Below the pieces are notes generated by a model. That model saw only the letters and a list, made by a program, of their open reading frames with translations. It made no database searches and was not told the DNA's origin. A DNA stretch of 63,963 nt, the filler included, from Octopus bimaculoides (Eukaryota), in the NCBI RefSeq assembly GCF_001194135.2. It is 5 parts of 5 records of this genome, joined end to end, with 100 filler letters (N's around TTAATTAATTAA, not from the genome) between each part and the next. Parts side by side here need not be neighbours in the genome. Positions count along the whole stretch, not along the records: positions 1 to 8,068 come from NC_068985.1; positions 8,169 to 35,335 come from NC_068987.1; 3 more parts are not named here. One strand, 5' to 3'. A program made the position numbers and the translations under genes. This document shows, piece by piece, positions 1-12,380 of the stretch (positions are counted from its first letter, which is position 1; every line of letters begins with the position of its first letter).

Positions 1-24
1 CTATAACTCGTCGAACCATATCAG
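1..24 (+). CDS. Candidate exon end of an unidentified gene (..YNSSNHI + AG, phase 2)
   Basis: Open frame from 2 and donor AG|GTAAAA at 25. The phase matches acceptors at 455 and 782. Confidence 0.35.
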
Positions 25-454
25 GTAAAATAGATTTCAATAAAATCAATTTGAATGTAATCAATTTTCTTTCAAATGTCTAACAGCTTTTACTTTAAGC
101 AATATCAAAAGTTATCAACTTTCTATTTTAAATATTTCATTTATTTTTCTTTTTTGCAAGATAAAAACGTTTTACAGGAGGATCAAATCGTTCATGCCTT
201 TTCAACGTCTTATCACATTGTCAACGTTATTTCTCTATCTAAATCGTATTTAACTCCACTAAGTCCATTTATATCACTTTTTGCATCTTCCCTAACTTTA
301 CAAATCTTTTTTTTTTTTTTTTTTATTTCTATTTGTCTTTCAACATTTCCTTCGGTCAACCGACAGAATATCAATACAATTCTACTTTTACATCTTACCT
401 ACTTCACTCTTCGTTGAGGCTAATCAATTTTCCTAAAGAAAAAAAAAATCACAG

Positions 455-575
455 CTTGATTTTAAACATTGTCCCGAAGTATCTTGACAACATTGAAAAC
501 TATGATAAGCAAAATAATACACCTATTGAAAATGCTTATATACGCCCAGTGAAAAATGAAGGCCACTCAGTCTAT
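455..575 (+). CDS. Candidate internal exon (LILNIVPKYLDNIENYDKQNNTPIENAYIRPVKNEGHSVY)
   Basis: CAG acceptor at 452-454, GTAAGC donor at 576 and only one open frame. Non-repetitive, protein-like composition, but the family was not recognised. Confidence 0.4.
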
Positions 576-781
576 GTAAGCTTTTTTGTTTGTAATTTAT
601 TTCAATACAAACAATCTGGGAGTATATTTTTCTCTCTTTTATTGGCAATAGTCGTCATATCTACCTGATATATTTAGCTTATGGAGCAGTTTTCTTATCT
701 CTTTCTTTATAAGATATTGTAAAGAAAAAATTTTGACATTCTTTTTCTCCTTTTATTTTCTTTTTTCACTTTCTGCTTCAG

Positions 782-860
782 TGACCAGATCACTCACTTA
801 GTTTCTCCCAGCTATGCAGAATATGTGCTTAGTTACTTACACAACCGGGACATATTTTAG
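782..860 (+). CDS. Candidate terminal exon ((DQ)ITHLVSPSYAEYVLSYLHNRDIF*)
   Basis: Long polypyrimidine tract at 731-781, CAG acceptors ending at 781 and 788, TAG at 858-860 and AATAAA at 867-872. Confidence 0.4.
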
Positions 861-1405
861 TTGCAAAATAAACCAGCAAAGTAATACATTAGCAAAGTAA
901 ATCTTTATAAATTTCATTGAACCATCGTATATATGAGACTCATTGAAAATATTGTTTTAAATTTTAATATAAATTCCTTGCTTTTACAGAAGCTGCAGTA
1001 ACATTTAGTAACTATAATAATGAAAATATTGATTTTTCGAAACAAAAATAAAATACGTAAATTGAGTTTATACGATTAGTTTTGTCCACTGGCACACAGG
1101 CATACATTTACAAAAGTCCACTGAATCGGTCCCAGTACATGACTGCTACTTATTTTATAGACACTGAAAAACTGAGACTAAACCCGGAACATGAAGCATT
1201 TAAACTTGGAAGGTTATACTTGGAAGAAGAAATTAAGTACTAGAAAGCATCCAACTCGGTGCTCTGCCTTTTTGCCAATCACAGGAGCCAACCAGGAGCA
1301 TCTATGTAATTTTCTCTTTCTTCTTTTTCATGTGTTTCTTCTTTTACAATTTCATTCGTCTCAAGGAAGGCGTCACAGGAGTGCCAAATCAACCACAGCA
1401 TTACT

Positions 1406-1530
1406 CTGGTACTTCATTTCATCAGCAATGAATGGGTGAAAGCAAGCAACATTGATGTGAAACAGCTTTGAACTCAGAACGTAAAGAACCATAACGCAGC
1501 CATTTTATCCGATACCCGATTCTGCCAATC
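1406..1530 (-). mobile_element. Degraded tRNA-derived SINE fragment (family also at 11340, 13612, 16605, 58790)
   Basis: Shares 'ctggtactt..tttgaactcagaacgtaaag' with the other copies. The reverse strand carries a B-box-like GAGTTCAAA. Confidence 0.6.
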
Positions 1531-2017
1531 CACCCCACTTGGGCTGGCTTACTCCAGGGAATAGCAACTAAATCTCTATGAAATAACATTCTGCTCTCTT
1601 AATAAGAGAAGGACAGATTGGACAACATAATCCAAGATAACTTATTTCTAAATAAAAGACAAGATATTTACAAGTGGTGCGTCATAGATCATCCTTAAGA
1701 AGGCAAACAACGCGCTCATCTGTCAATTACAAATTGGAAAATATTGGTTTCCTGTCAGAAAAAACTCTGCAATTGAGGTGGCCAGAGTCTTGAAAACTAT
1801 GACTTGTCTTTGTCGGGAATGATTAAGCTGTAAGGGAAATACCTTCCACCTGTGTAACTCAGATATGGTTGTTTGGTTCAGAACTTATTTTCACAAGTAG
1901 TTCAGGAATCCATCCATGGCGCAGCACGTTGGTGAAAGGTTTTCTAGTTATAGCATCGGCTTGACCAATGTCTTGTAAGTGGAATTTGTTAGACAGAAAT
2001 ACAGTGAAAACCCCACT

Positions 2018-2140
2018 TATACATACATGCACACACACACACATACACATACATGCATACATACATACATACATACATACATACATACATACATACATAC
2101 ATACATACATGCATGTATACATACATACATACACACATAT
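2018..2140. repeat. (CATA)n/(CA)n microsatellite
   Basis: Directly visible tandem repeat. Confidence 0.95.
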
Positions 2141-3411
2141 ATAATAGCTGCTTTCTCGTACACAAGCAAAGCCATTGCTGGAAAGAATCATAGAAATGAG
2201 TCATTGATTATGCAATGCGAGGCCTTTGTATGATTCCGGCCAAAGATTTGCACATTCTATTGCATAATGCACAGCTATGCTAGCTGGCAGAAGAAACAGG
2301 TGCTACAGTATGAAGTCTTTTGACACGCCTTTTCAAACCTCCTGTGAGTTCTCTGATGATTGTCAAATCACACACTCCATCATACATTCATACATACATA
2401 CATGCACACCCACACATACACACATATATACATTTATATATATANNNNNNNNNNNNNNNNNNNNNNNNNNNNNNNNNNNNNNNNNNNNNNNNNNNNNNNN
2501 NNNNNNNNNNNNNNNNNNNNNNNNNNNNNNNNNNNNNNNNNNNNNNNNNNNNNNNNNNNNNNNNNNNNNNNNNNNNNNNNNNNNNNNNNNNNNNNNNNNN
2601 NNNNNNNNNNNNNNNNNNNNNNNNNNNNNNNNNNNNNNNNNNNNNNNNNNNNNNNNNNNNNNNNNNNNNNNNNNNNNNNNNNNNNNNNNNNNNNNNNNNN
2701 NNNNNNNNNNNNNNNNNNNNNNNNNNNNNNNNNNNNNNNNNNNNNNNNNNNNNNNNNNNNNNNNNNNNNNNNNNNNNNNNNNNNNNNNNNNNNNNNNNNN
2801 NNNNNNNNNNNNNNNNNNNNNNNNNNNNNNNNNNNNNNNNNNNNNNNNNNNNNNNNNNNNNNNNNNNNNNNNNTATATATTTCTAATCAATTTGGAGATA
2901 TTTGCTATCGAGTTGCAGATTTTTAACAATGCATTTGGTGATTATTTGCTTTATTTCTCGGGCAAAATTTACAACTTAGAATAAAAGAATAAAATTATTA
3001 TTTCATTCAAAAATTCATGAGCTTTGTTTTTAGTGATGACTTGAAATGGTAAATATTTTTTCTAACTGTATTTGCTTGAAAAAACATACTTTTCTTTATA
3101 TTAAGCAATTCATTATAATTACTTTTACGATGTGCCTAAATAAAAACCATCGTTATAGATCAGCATTTCTCAACCTTTTTCGTGATTTGGCTTCCCTTGG
3201 ACATTGAAAAAATTTATTTCGGCTCCCCTATGTTGATGAAAATGTAAACATCATTTTCATTGCAAAAGTCCTACTGTATTCTCCAACTGGACAATTGAAA
3301 ACTGGAAAACTTTAATGTATTACCCAAATACATAAACACACCTTTCATTGCAACAACACAATTGAATTCAGAAATTCAGAAATTCAAAAATTCAGCGACG
3401 TGAATATCAGA

Positions 3412-3412
<1 letters not shown>

Positions 3413-3460
<48 letters not shown>
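3413..3460. repeat. (TG)n microsatellite
   Basis: Directly visible tandem repeat. Confidence 0.95.
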
Positions 3461-3463
<3 letters not shown>

Positions 3464-3959
3464 CCCATACACACACAGCACACACACAGCACACACTCAG
3501 ACATACACGCATACAATTATACATACATGTACACACACACACACGCACATACAAGCACACACACGCACGCGCACACACACACAGTAAAGTATAATTACTC
3601 CACAGACAAAACCTCACGCGCACACATATACCCACACGTACACACACATCCATACATACACACCCGTAAACAAACATGCATACGTACACACACGCACACT
3701 GGAAACAAAACACACACACACACACACATATATATACGCACACGCACATACTTCAAACTATCAGTACCTTTCTACTGACCATTCACCTACGCACATGTGT
3801 AGGTAGACACACAGCAGGCAGACACTCCTACCAAATTCTTACTATAAATTCTTCCTATGACCTTAACGATACTATGTCCAACCACACACATACATATCTC
3901 CTTCTCTTGCACTCTCCTTTCTTTGAAAAGAACTTTTTCCTCCACCCTTTCCCTTCCGG

Positions 3960-4258
3960 TCATTCCAATATGTGACCGCGTGCGCATCGTTAGCGATTTT
4001 CTTTCTCTGTCTTCCCTTCTTTGGACTTTTCCTATATTTCTGACGAAGATCTCCGATCGAAACGTTAAATCCTCTTTCTTTTCTTTCCTTTCCTNNNNNN
4101 NNNNGACGAAGATCTCCGATCGAAACGTTAAATCCTCTTTCTTTTCTTTCCTTTCCTGAGCGTCCAATAACACTGTACTTATTCCACGTCCTCGCGTTGT
4201 TATTTCGTCTTTTTTCTTGCTTGTTCATGTTTAAATTGTATATATATTCTTTTATTCT
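3960..4258 (+). mobile_element. Penelope-derived non-autonomous / pseudo-LTR-like repeat carrying a hammerhead motif
   Basis: Pyrimidine-rich short repeat with a complete minimal hammerhead. Same layout as the insert at 47138-47335. Confidence 0.55.
4036..4070 (+). ncRNA. Minimal type I hammerhead ribozyme motif (Penelope-type)
   Basis: ATTT-CTGACGA-A-GATC-TCC-GATC-GAAA-CG-TT-AAAT. Core intact, stem I ATTT/AAAT, stem II GATC/GATC, palindromic AACGTT in place of stem III. Confidence 0.75.
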
Positions 4259-4357
4259 TTTACTTGTTTCAGTCATTTGACTGCGGCCATGCTGGAGCAC
4301 CGCCTTTTAGTCGAACAAATCGAACCCAGTACTTATTCTTTGTAAGCCTAGTACTTA
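4259..4357 (-). mobile_element. SINE 3' part (family also at 46925, 50600, 56829), cut by a gap
   Basis: Near-identical to 50605-50700 ('cttgtttcagtcatttgactgcggccatgctggagcaccgcc'). Confidence 0.8.
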
Positions 4358-4705
4358 NNNNNNNNNNNNNNNNNNNNNNNNNNNNNNNNNNNNNNNNNNN
4401 NNNNNNNNNNNNNNNNNNNNNNNNNNNNNNNNNNNNNNNNNNNNNNNNNNNNNNNNNNNNNNNNNNNNNNNNNNNNNNNNNNNNNNNNNNNNNNNNNNNN
4501 NNNNNNNNNNNNNNNNNNNNNNNNNNNNNNNNNNNNNNNNNNNNNNNNNNNNNNNNNNNNNNNNNNNNNNNNNNNNNNNNNNNNNNNNNNNNNNNNNNNN
4601 NNNNNNNNNNNNNNNNNNNNNNNNNNNNNNNNNNNNNNNNNNNNNNNNNNNNNNNNNNNNNNNNNNNNNNNNNNNNNNNNNNNNNNNNNNNNNNNNNNNN
4701 NNNNN

Positions 4706-5005
4706 TGTTTATTGAGCGAAAACACCTAAAGCTCCACGAGGCTCCCGCAGGGGATGGTGGTGAACCCTGCTGTACTCTTCCACCACAACTCTCTCACTCT
4801 TACTTCCTGTTTCTGTCGTGCCTGTAACTCAAAGGGTCAGCCTTGTCACACTGTCATGCTGAATATGCCCGAGAACTATGTTAAGGGTACACGTGTCTGT
4901 GGAGTGCTCAGCCACTTGCAAGTTAATTTCATGAGAAGGTTGTTCCGTTGATCGGATCAACTGGAACCCTCGACATTGTAAGCGACGGAGTGCCAACAAC
5001 AACAA
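4706..5005 (+). mobile_element. SINE-like repeat with (CAA)n tail
   Basis: About 300-bp close match to an inverted copy at 63655-63963. Confidence 0.8.
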
Positions 5006-5573
5006 TTACAAATAGAACAGGTTGAATTGCTTCTTTTCAACGCAGCGCTCCCAGTATCTATTGGTAGTAGTAAATACATTTGACCTCTTCTGACCTAAAG
5101 CGTGCGAAGAGTCCTTTGTCTCTATGGCTGACTTCCCCACAGAATCTATTTATAGACCTGTAGCGTATGATCTATTCACCAAACTGCTACCAAACTTTTC
5201 CCTAAAACAATAGTGCTGATGGTGGTGATGGTGATGGTTATAATGATAAAAAATAATAATAATAATATGCTGCAGCTTCTAATACTAAATACTACATTAA
5301 CACTACAACTACTACTATTATGATAGCACAGGAATCTGCGGTCCAAGTACCACCCCTACCACTACCCTCACCCACGCTACTGTTGCTGTTGCTGCAACCA
5401 ATGCTGCTACTACACATAAAAACAATAATATCAGTATTATCTGTGATGATAATAATGAAAGGAAACGGGTGGAGCCTCCTCCTCATCTTGGGCTGATTAA
5501 TGATACATCTAGTGATGGTGTCACAATAAAAACACTGGTAATTGTGCAACCTGATAATCGCTACCTCATATGA

Positions 5574-5985
5574 GTGACAATGAAAAAACAAAATATTGTG
5601 TATAACGGTGGTAATGAAACTGAAGCCAATGATGGTGACAGTATTGCATCCGGCAGGCTCAGAGATTCTGGTCCGGCTCAAGCCTGTCGATATCCAGAAA
5701 GGGACCACCACACACGGCGTAGTTGGAGCAAGCAAATTAATGCTGTGGTCATAGAGTGTTACTACCTGAGCAGCCCGGTAGATGAAAATGGTGCTCAAAT
5801 TAGGGGTTACCGACAACGTGTGTATGATCATTGGAGAGAAAAGGGATTGTTTCAACTCATGGAACAGAGACTATGTGATCAAGCTAGAGCAATAAGGAAA
5901 AATTGTTGGTTCACAGAAGTAGAGCTCGAAGCTATCAAAAGACGGGTCATGGAAAATAGCAGCAGAGATAACAATGAAAATACAG
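5574..5985 (+). pseudogene. N-terminal ORF fragment of an R4/Dong-like (RLE) non-LTR retrotransposon
   Basis: WSKQINAVVIECYYLS..GYRQRVYDHW..EQRLCDQARAIRKN matches the recalled R4-clade N-terminal motif. Confidence 0.7.
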
Positions 5986-6065
5986 AGATATTTCCTCAGC
6001 CGCCCATTGTAGCCTTTCGACGGAATAAGAACATAAAAGAATTATTGACCTCTATATCTGACTCC
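5986..6065 (+). mobile_element. Penelope-like fragment (region between RT and GIY-YIG)
   Basis: IFPQPPIVAFRRNKNIKELL matches the recalled PLE motif FP.PP.VA.RR..NL.D.L. Confidence 0.55.
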
Positions 6066-6921
6066 AAGAAAACGAANNNNNNNNNNNNNNNNNNNNNNNN
6101 NNNNNNNNNNNNNNNNNNNNNNNNNNNNNNNNNNNNNNNNNNNNNNNNNNNNNNNNNNNNNNNNNNNNNNNNNNNNNNNNNNNNNNNNNNNNNNNNNNNN
6201 NNNNNNNNNNNNNNNNNNNNNNNNNNNNNNNNNNNNNNNNNNNNNNNNNNNNNNNNNNNNNNNNNNNNNNNNNNNNNNNNNNNNNNNNNNNNNNNNNNNN
6301 NNNNNNNNNNNNNNNNNNNNNNNNNNNNNNNNNNNNNNNNNNNNNNNNNNNNNNNNNNNNNNNNNNNNNNNNNNNNNNNNNNNNNNNNNNNNNNNNNNNN
6401 NNNNNNNNNNNNNNNNNNNNNNNNNNNNNNNNNNNNNNNNNNNNNNNNNNNNNNNNNNNNNNNNNNNNNNNNNNNNNNNNNNNNNNNNNNNNNNNNNNNN
6501 NNNNNNNNNNNNNNNNNNNNNNNNNNNNNNNNNNNNNNNNNNNNNNNNNNNNNNNNNNNNNNNNNNNNNNNNNNNNNNNNNNNNNNNNNNNNNNNNNNNN
6601 NNNNNNNNNNNNNNNNNNNNNNNNNNNNNNNNNNNNNNNNNNNNNNNNNNNNNNNNNNNNNNNNNNNNNNNNNNNNNNNNNNNNNNNNNNNNNNNNNNNN
6701 NNNNNNNNNNNNNNNNNNNNNNNNNNNNNNNNNNNNNNNNNNNNNNNNNNNNNNNNNNNNNNNNNNNNNNNNNNNNNNNNNNNNNNNNNNNNNNNNNNNN
6801 NNNNNNNNNNNNNNNNNNNNNNNNNNNNNNCGAAATATTGTTCACAAAATAAAACATCTAAAATCGCACTCTTCGTCTTGACTATTTACCTTCGTGAAGA
6901 GTTACGTCAATCCTTTTTTTT

Positions 6922-6922
6922 A

Positions 6923-6983
<61 letters not shown>

Positions 6984-8068
6984 TCTTTTATTGGCCACAA
7001 GGGCTAATATATAAGCAACATGAAATGATAAAACGGGACGGTACAAAGGGTTTTAGAACGTGTAAATAAAATAACAAAGAAAAAGCAAATAAAACTCTCA
7101 ATGGGGGAGGCGCTTTAAGGCTATTCGTGGAAACACCCACAAAAGCCACGGGTGCCTGATCAACAGGGCAGGAGCCCTAATCCTTTTATTCTTATTACAA
7201 GTGTATTCTCAGAATTGGTCCTTTCAAACTGGCCATTTTCCCAACATCTACCCACCTTTCAATAAATTTGCTAGAAGACAACACTTCCCTCTCCACCCTC
7301 ACTTTCCTTTTCAAGTGAAATCTGAAAAAGTTGATGAGGGTTTGGCCAAAGAGGAAAGTGTGTGACTTTAGCCCTTTCAAACGACTCCACCATATTACCT
7401 CTTCAGCTACCAGACAAACGAAAATTGCCTGCCCCTCTCGGTTAAAGGAGATTGGCAGGGCAATCCTCACTACGGATTCAGCTGATAGCTGGACCCGTCC
7501 TACACGCGACGGCAGCTGTTCGGCATAAAGCCCGCTCCGATGCCGCGCGCGACCGCTCGCTGCCGACCGCGCACGTCTCATCCAGCCGGCACCCGCCCGA
7601 CGACCAGCGCTCTCAGCCGACTGCGCCGCGCGCTTTGCGGTTCCATGACCGTTTCATTTTCTTTCAGTCTTTCTTCCTTCCGTTATCTCCTGCGTCTCGA
7701 AAGTTCTCCGAAACAGAAGAGTGAGTTGATCCTCGTCGACGCCTAGAGTTTCCCAGAGAACGTTGTCGTACTTTTCCTCCACTAAACTTCTATAGAATGC
7801 TAGAGTGGAACTACTGCCTATTGCATTTCCCCCTAGTGGAGGGCTGTGAGCGCTTCACGGCACTCGAGGTGCCAAGCGCCCTTCTTCGGTCTACGCCTAA
7901 TCCAGGATTGCAGCTCAGTCAAAGAGACGAGCTGTGGATGAGCGAGTCTGACAGACGGCGACCCCACGCTGGAGATGCCGTAGCCTGAGCGCATGTCTGC
8001 GCATCAGCAACAACGGCATGTCCAACCCTCCATTCAGCGGCTTTTGACAGCTGATGAAGCGACTGACC
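6922..8068 (-). mobile_element. 3' end of an L1/Tx1-like LINE with 3' UTR, AATAAA and (ATT)n tail
   Basis: Minus strand reads CQKPLNGGLDMP..RRHALRLRHL, then LINFFRFHLKRKVRVERE..FIERW. The poly(A) signal abuts the (ATT)n tail. Confidence 0.75.
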
Positions 8069-8168
8069 NNNNNNNNNNNNNNNNNNNNNNNNNNNNNNNN
8101 NNNNNNNNNNNNTTAATTAATTAANNNNNNNNNNNNNNNNNNNNNNNNNNNNNNNNNNNNNNNNNNNN
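8069..8168. other. Artificial assembly spacer (44 N + TTAATTAATTAA + 44 N)
   Basis: Identical 100-nt construct at four places. The 12-mer has stop codons in all six frames. Confidence 0.95.
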
Positions 8169-9176
8169 TCCTCCTCCTCCTCCTCCCCCCTCCTCCTCAC
8201 ATTCTTCTGTTCTTGTTCTTCCTTTATCTTCGTTATCGTTGGTATTGTCGTTGTTATTCTCATACTTATAATTATTCGCGTATCGGTACTTTACGTCATT
8301 TTCCTAATTCACCTACCGACTGTTGTTGCTACCAGTATCCTCATATATTGTGTCCCTTATGTAGGACGTTAGTACTCATATTTAAACGTACACAGATGTA
8401 TTCAAAGAAAAATAGACATAGGAATATTGACACGCAAACATATACATACATACATATATACATATGTGCATGTCTGTGTAAATATGGAACATAATGATAA
8501 TATTAATGCAAGACTAACACGTTCATAAATATCCTCATTGAACAATTAATGTGGTCATTTATCGTAATGTACTTAACGAGACGAATATCTCCGACTTCAG
8601 TCCACACAGTGTGTTTAGGTCCCGTTCACCTTTGACCATTTTTTCACGTATCCATAAGCTTGCTTTGTACTATTCACCAGTGAAAGTTAATTAGGATGTA
8701 GCTCTCACATCAACTGTAGCATTCATTTATTTCAAATAAAACTTACTATAGCTAGAAAACAACAATAACAAGTAGATTATTTTCAAAAATGTTAATAGGA
8801 GACAGTATGGCTAACGAAACAAAAACTACGCACTTCAATTGGTTTTAATTAGGAATTTTGGCTGAAAAAGAAATTAACAATTAAACTCTTTTGAAGACGA
8901 AAATCTGTCCGTACATTGTGTCCCGCTTTGTTCATTATCTCTGAAAAAAAATTCAGGAGAATAAACATTTTAATGGTCTGTGTCGATTTCTTCTTCTTTT
9001 AATCAAGATAAAACACAGGAGAATAAAAATTAATGAAGGATCAAAATAGGAAATGTAACTATATGTATGCATACACACACGTATATAGAGCCAACAATAT
9101 ATAACACAAAAGGAGTTAAAAACATTCTATCAATGTAATGGGATTATTGTATATGTCCGTTTATATATACATATAC

Positions 9177-9221
<45 letters not shown>

Positions 9222-9487
9222 CAGAGAGAGAGAGAGAGAGAGAGGGGGGAGTGATAGGGGGAGAGAGAAAGAGAGCGAGCGAGAAAGAAAATGAGGTAGT
9301 CAAGATTTTGAGTGATTATTTATATAGCGGTTTCTTCTTTCAAATGTTTAGGAGAAATATATCACAAAAGAGATGGAAGCGCTAGATAAATATAATTATA
9401 CAATATACTAACTACCTGCTTTTTCATAATATAAAAGAATTGTACGTCACATCAAGGAACACACACACAATTACACATACACACACA

Positions 9488-9537
<50 letters not shown>

Positions 9538-9551
9538 TATATATAGACAGA

Positions 9552-9590
<39 letters not shown>

Positions 9591-9854
9591 ATTATATTGA
9601 AGAAGTTTTTTGTGGTAAAACTTTAATGAGCTTTGTTGTGTAAGGCCTGATCAGAGCAATAAAAACAGCAAAATACTAGAAGAAAATGTGAAAGCAAAAG
9701 CCTTTGGGTTTTTCCCTCTACGATTTTGTAGTCACTTTGTAACTTTTCACGTTGTTCCTGCCTTATACAATAAATCTCTTTAACATATATATATGTGTGT
9801 GAGTGTGTGTGTGTGTTTGTGTATGTGTGAGAGAGAGGGAGAGAGACAGAGACA

Positions 9855-9915
9855 GAGAGAGGGCTACTATGAGGAGCAGTGGTCCCAAGACAGTGCTCTG
9901 TGGAACACCACTCAC
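9855..9915 (-). mobile_element. CR1/L2-type reverse transcriptase fragment
   Basis: VSGVPQSTVLGPLLL corresponds to the SGVPQG.VLGP motif. Confidence 0.7.
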
Positions 9916-10244
9916 TATATATATATANNNNNNNNNNNNNNNNNNNNNNNNNNNNNNNNNNNNNNNNNNNNNNNNNNNNNNNNNNNNNNNNNNNNNNNNN
10001 NNNNNNNNNNNNNNNNNTGCCTTATACAATAAATCTCTTTAACATATATATATGTGTGTGAGTGTGTGTGTGTGTTTGTGTGAAGCCTTTTTGAAAGTTT
10101 ATAGAAATCCACATTTTCCACTTTTTCGTAAAATTTTTTATATCAATGGAATTTTCTCGATGTGAACTTTCCAGTGCAGTAATTAGATTTTTAAAATTCT
10201 GTTTACTTTGTGCGATTTAAGGGAGATTTGGCTGAACAACTCTG

Positions 10245-11222
10245 GACCCCTATAACAACTGAAGAGGTTACCCAGGCACTGCACAAACTAAGCAACTGGT
10301 AGGCACTTGTGTACGATAAGACCCCCAAATTCTGGTTAAAATATCTGACAGGAACACACAAAAAGCTGGCTAAAAAATTTAATGACACACTAGCAGAGCC
10401 AGAGACAATGCCTGAATGGCTCACGAAAGGCAAAATTAACCTAATTCCTAAATCAAACTGAATCGGCAAACCCTCAAAATTATAGACCATTAACTTGTCT
10501 CCTACAATTTACAAAGCCTTTACTGCAATAATATCGTAGAGATTGAGCAAGCATTTGGAAGAAGACAACCTGTTTACAGAAGAGCAAAAGGGATGCTGCA
10601 AGGGCTCATACAGCTGTAAAGATCAACTAATGATCAATAAAGCCATAAATGAAGACAGCCGCAGAAAGACGAAATGCCTAAGTATGGCCTGGATCGACTA
10701 TCGAAAGGCTTTTGATAGCATTCCCCACACATGGTTCCTAGAAACACTAGCCATGAACAAAGTAGCACCAATAATCATAAAATACACAAGACACTCTATA
10801 AATAAATGGCAGACAGTGCTACAGCTACAAACAAAAGAGGGACTCATAAAAACCAAAGCCATCCCAATTAGAAGAGGAATATTCCAGGGAGACACGCTCT
10901 CTCTCCACTCCTGTTCTGCTTGGCAGTGACACATTTATCTGACATGCTATAAAGAACTGGGTGCGGATACAACAGCTAAGGCAAAACCATAAGCCACCTC
11001 TTATGTATAGATGACCTAAAACTGTACGCTACAAATGATAAATAGCTAGAAACATTACTACAGACAGTACATGGATTTACCAAAGAAATATACATGAAAC
11101 TTGGCTTTAAAAAAATGTGCCAAAGCAACTTTGAAAAAGGAAAACTAGTTAAGATTCGAAACATCACATTAGATAAAGCAAATCAAATAAGAGAATTAGA
11201 CCAAAGGCGGACATACAAACAT
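10245..11222 (+). pseudogene. Reverse transcriptase of an R4/Dong-like non-LTR retrotransposon (stops and frameshifts)
   Basis: Motifs FWLKYL, PEWLTKG..LIPK, EQKGC, AWIDYRKAFDSIPH, RRGIFQGDTLS and CIDDLKLY. Confidence 0.9.
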
Positions 11223-11272
11223 ACAAACGATGGTTCTGGTTAAGGAGATGATGATGATGAAAATGATGATAA

Positions 11273-11303
<31 letters not shown>

Positions 11304-11339
11304 AATGATTATGACGATAATTCTGATGATGAAACGACA

Positions 11340-11490
11340 ATAATAATAATCCTTTCTACAACAGGCACAAAGCCTGAATTTTCCGGGATGGTCTAGTCAA
11401 TTACATGGACTCCAGTTTTCAACTGCTACCTATTTTATCGACCCCAAAACGGATGAAATGCAAAGTCGACTTCGGAGGAATTTGAACGAT
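11340..11490 (-). mobile_element. tRNA-derived SINE copy
   Basis: Matches 13612, 16605 and 58790, with a (TTA)n tail on the minus strand. Confidence 0.75.
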
Positions 11491-11939
11491 TCCGACAGCA
11501 CTGCACCTTAATATATATTATAGCAATAATCCTTTCTACTATAGGCACAAAGCCTGAAATTTTGGAGGAGGGGGAATAAACGTAATTAAAATAAAAAAAA
11601 ACAAGACAAATGAAAATAACAATTACAAAAAAACACTGATGAAGGAAACAAAGAATGCTTGAGATAAAAATGTAGATATGGTGAAAGCTGTATTTTCTGG
11701 TATAACAAATTTATATTGATACTGAAAAATGAAAGCTACAAATTATTTCCTAGTGTTGAAGTACAGAGTAAAAGGAGGAATAACGAAGGGACATGAAAGA
11801 GGTTAGTCATGTACATATTGAAAGATTAAATGTTAAATAGTGTTTATGTTATGGAATATTGTAGGTTTGACTAAGTATGATACTGCATTTCATATTGTTT
11901 GTGTATGTTACTCGGGAAATCGGAGTCGTTTGCCAAATA

Positions 11940-12380
11940 CATGCAAGAAAATTGAACTTCATTTTGTGGATTGAAAAGGCATTGTGCTTATTGACAAAAT
12001 TGCAAAGGGCAACACCACCAATGGAGAGTACTATAACAATATATTGAAACTGTTAGGAAAGGTTATCAAAACCAAACATCTCGGAAAGCGAACGTGGTCT
12101 TGTTCATCAGAACAATGATCCAGCACACAAGTCCTTTCAACAAGTTGATCACCTTCACTATTTTCCGCAGTGATGATGACGTCATATCTATTGTTGATGG
12201 CTTTCTTCCTATCGACCAACGATAGGAAGAAAGCTTTTTCCTCAATGGGATTCAAGCACAGCAACATCATTGGAAGAAGTGTGTGGACCGCAAAGGGTCT
12301 ATGTTGAAAAAATAAATCTCATTTGGTTCCATTCCATTAAATTATCTTGGTCAGCGTATGAACTTTTCAGCCGGCACTCA
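11940..12380 (+). mobile_element. Mariner transposon 3' remnant with terminal inverted repeat
   Basis: HQNNDPAH and WKKCVDRKGSYVEK*. The end 'ttttcagccggcactca-TA' is complementary to the 5' end of the copy at 32314. Confidence 0.75.

Noticed and set aside
1859-1978. Minus-strand DIGQADAITRKPFTNVLRHGW as an XPF exon or Gypsy RNase H piece
   Set aside because: Only loose resemblance to either, no convincing donor, and separated from XPF by three spacers.
4044-4157. Tandem duplication giving an apparent hammerhead dimer
   Set aside because: The identical copies flank a 10-N gap, most likely an unmerged contig overlap.
8113-8124. TTAATTAATTAA palindrome recurring four times
   Set aside because: Always centred in exactly 100 nt of spacer, so it is an assembly linker and not biological.
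9759-10080. Roughly 60-bp direct repeat around the CR1 fragment, resembling a long TSD
   Set aside because: It spans a gap and ends in microsatellite, so it is probably an assembly artefact.
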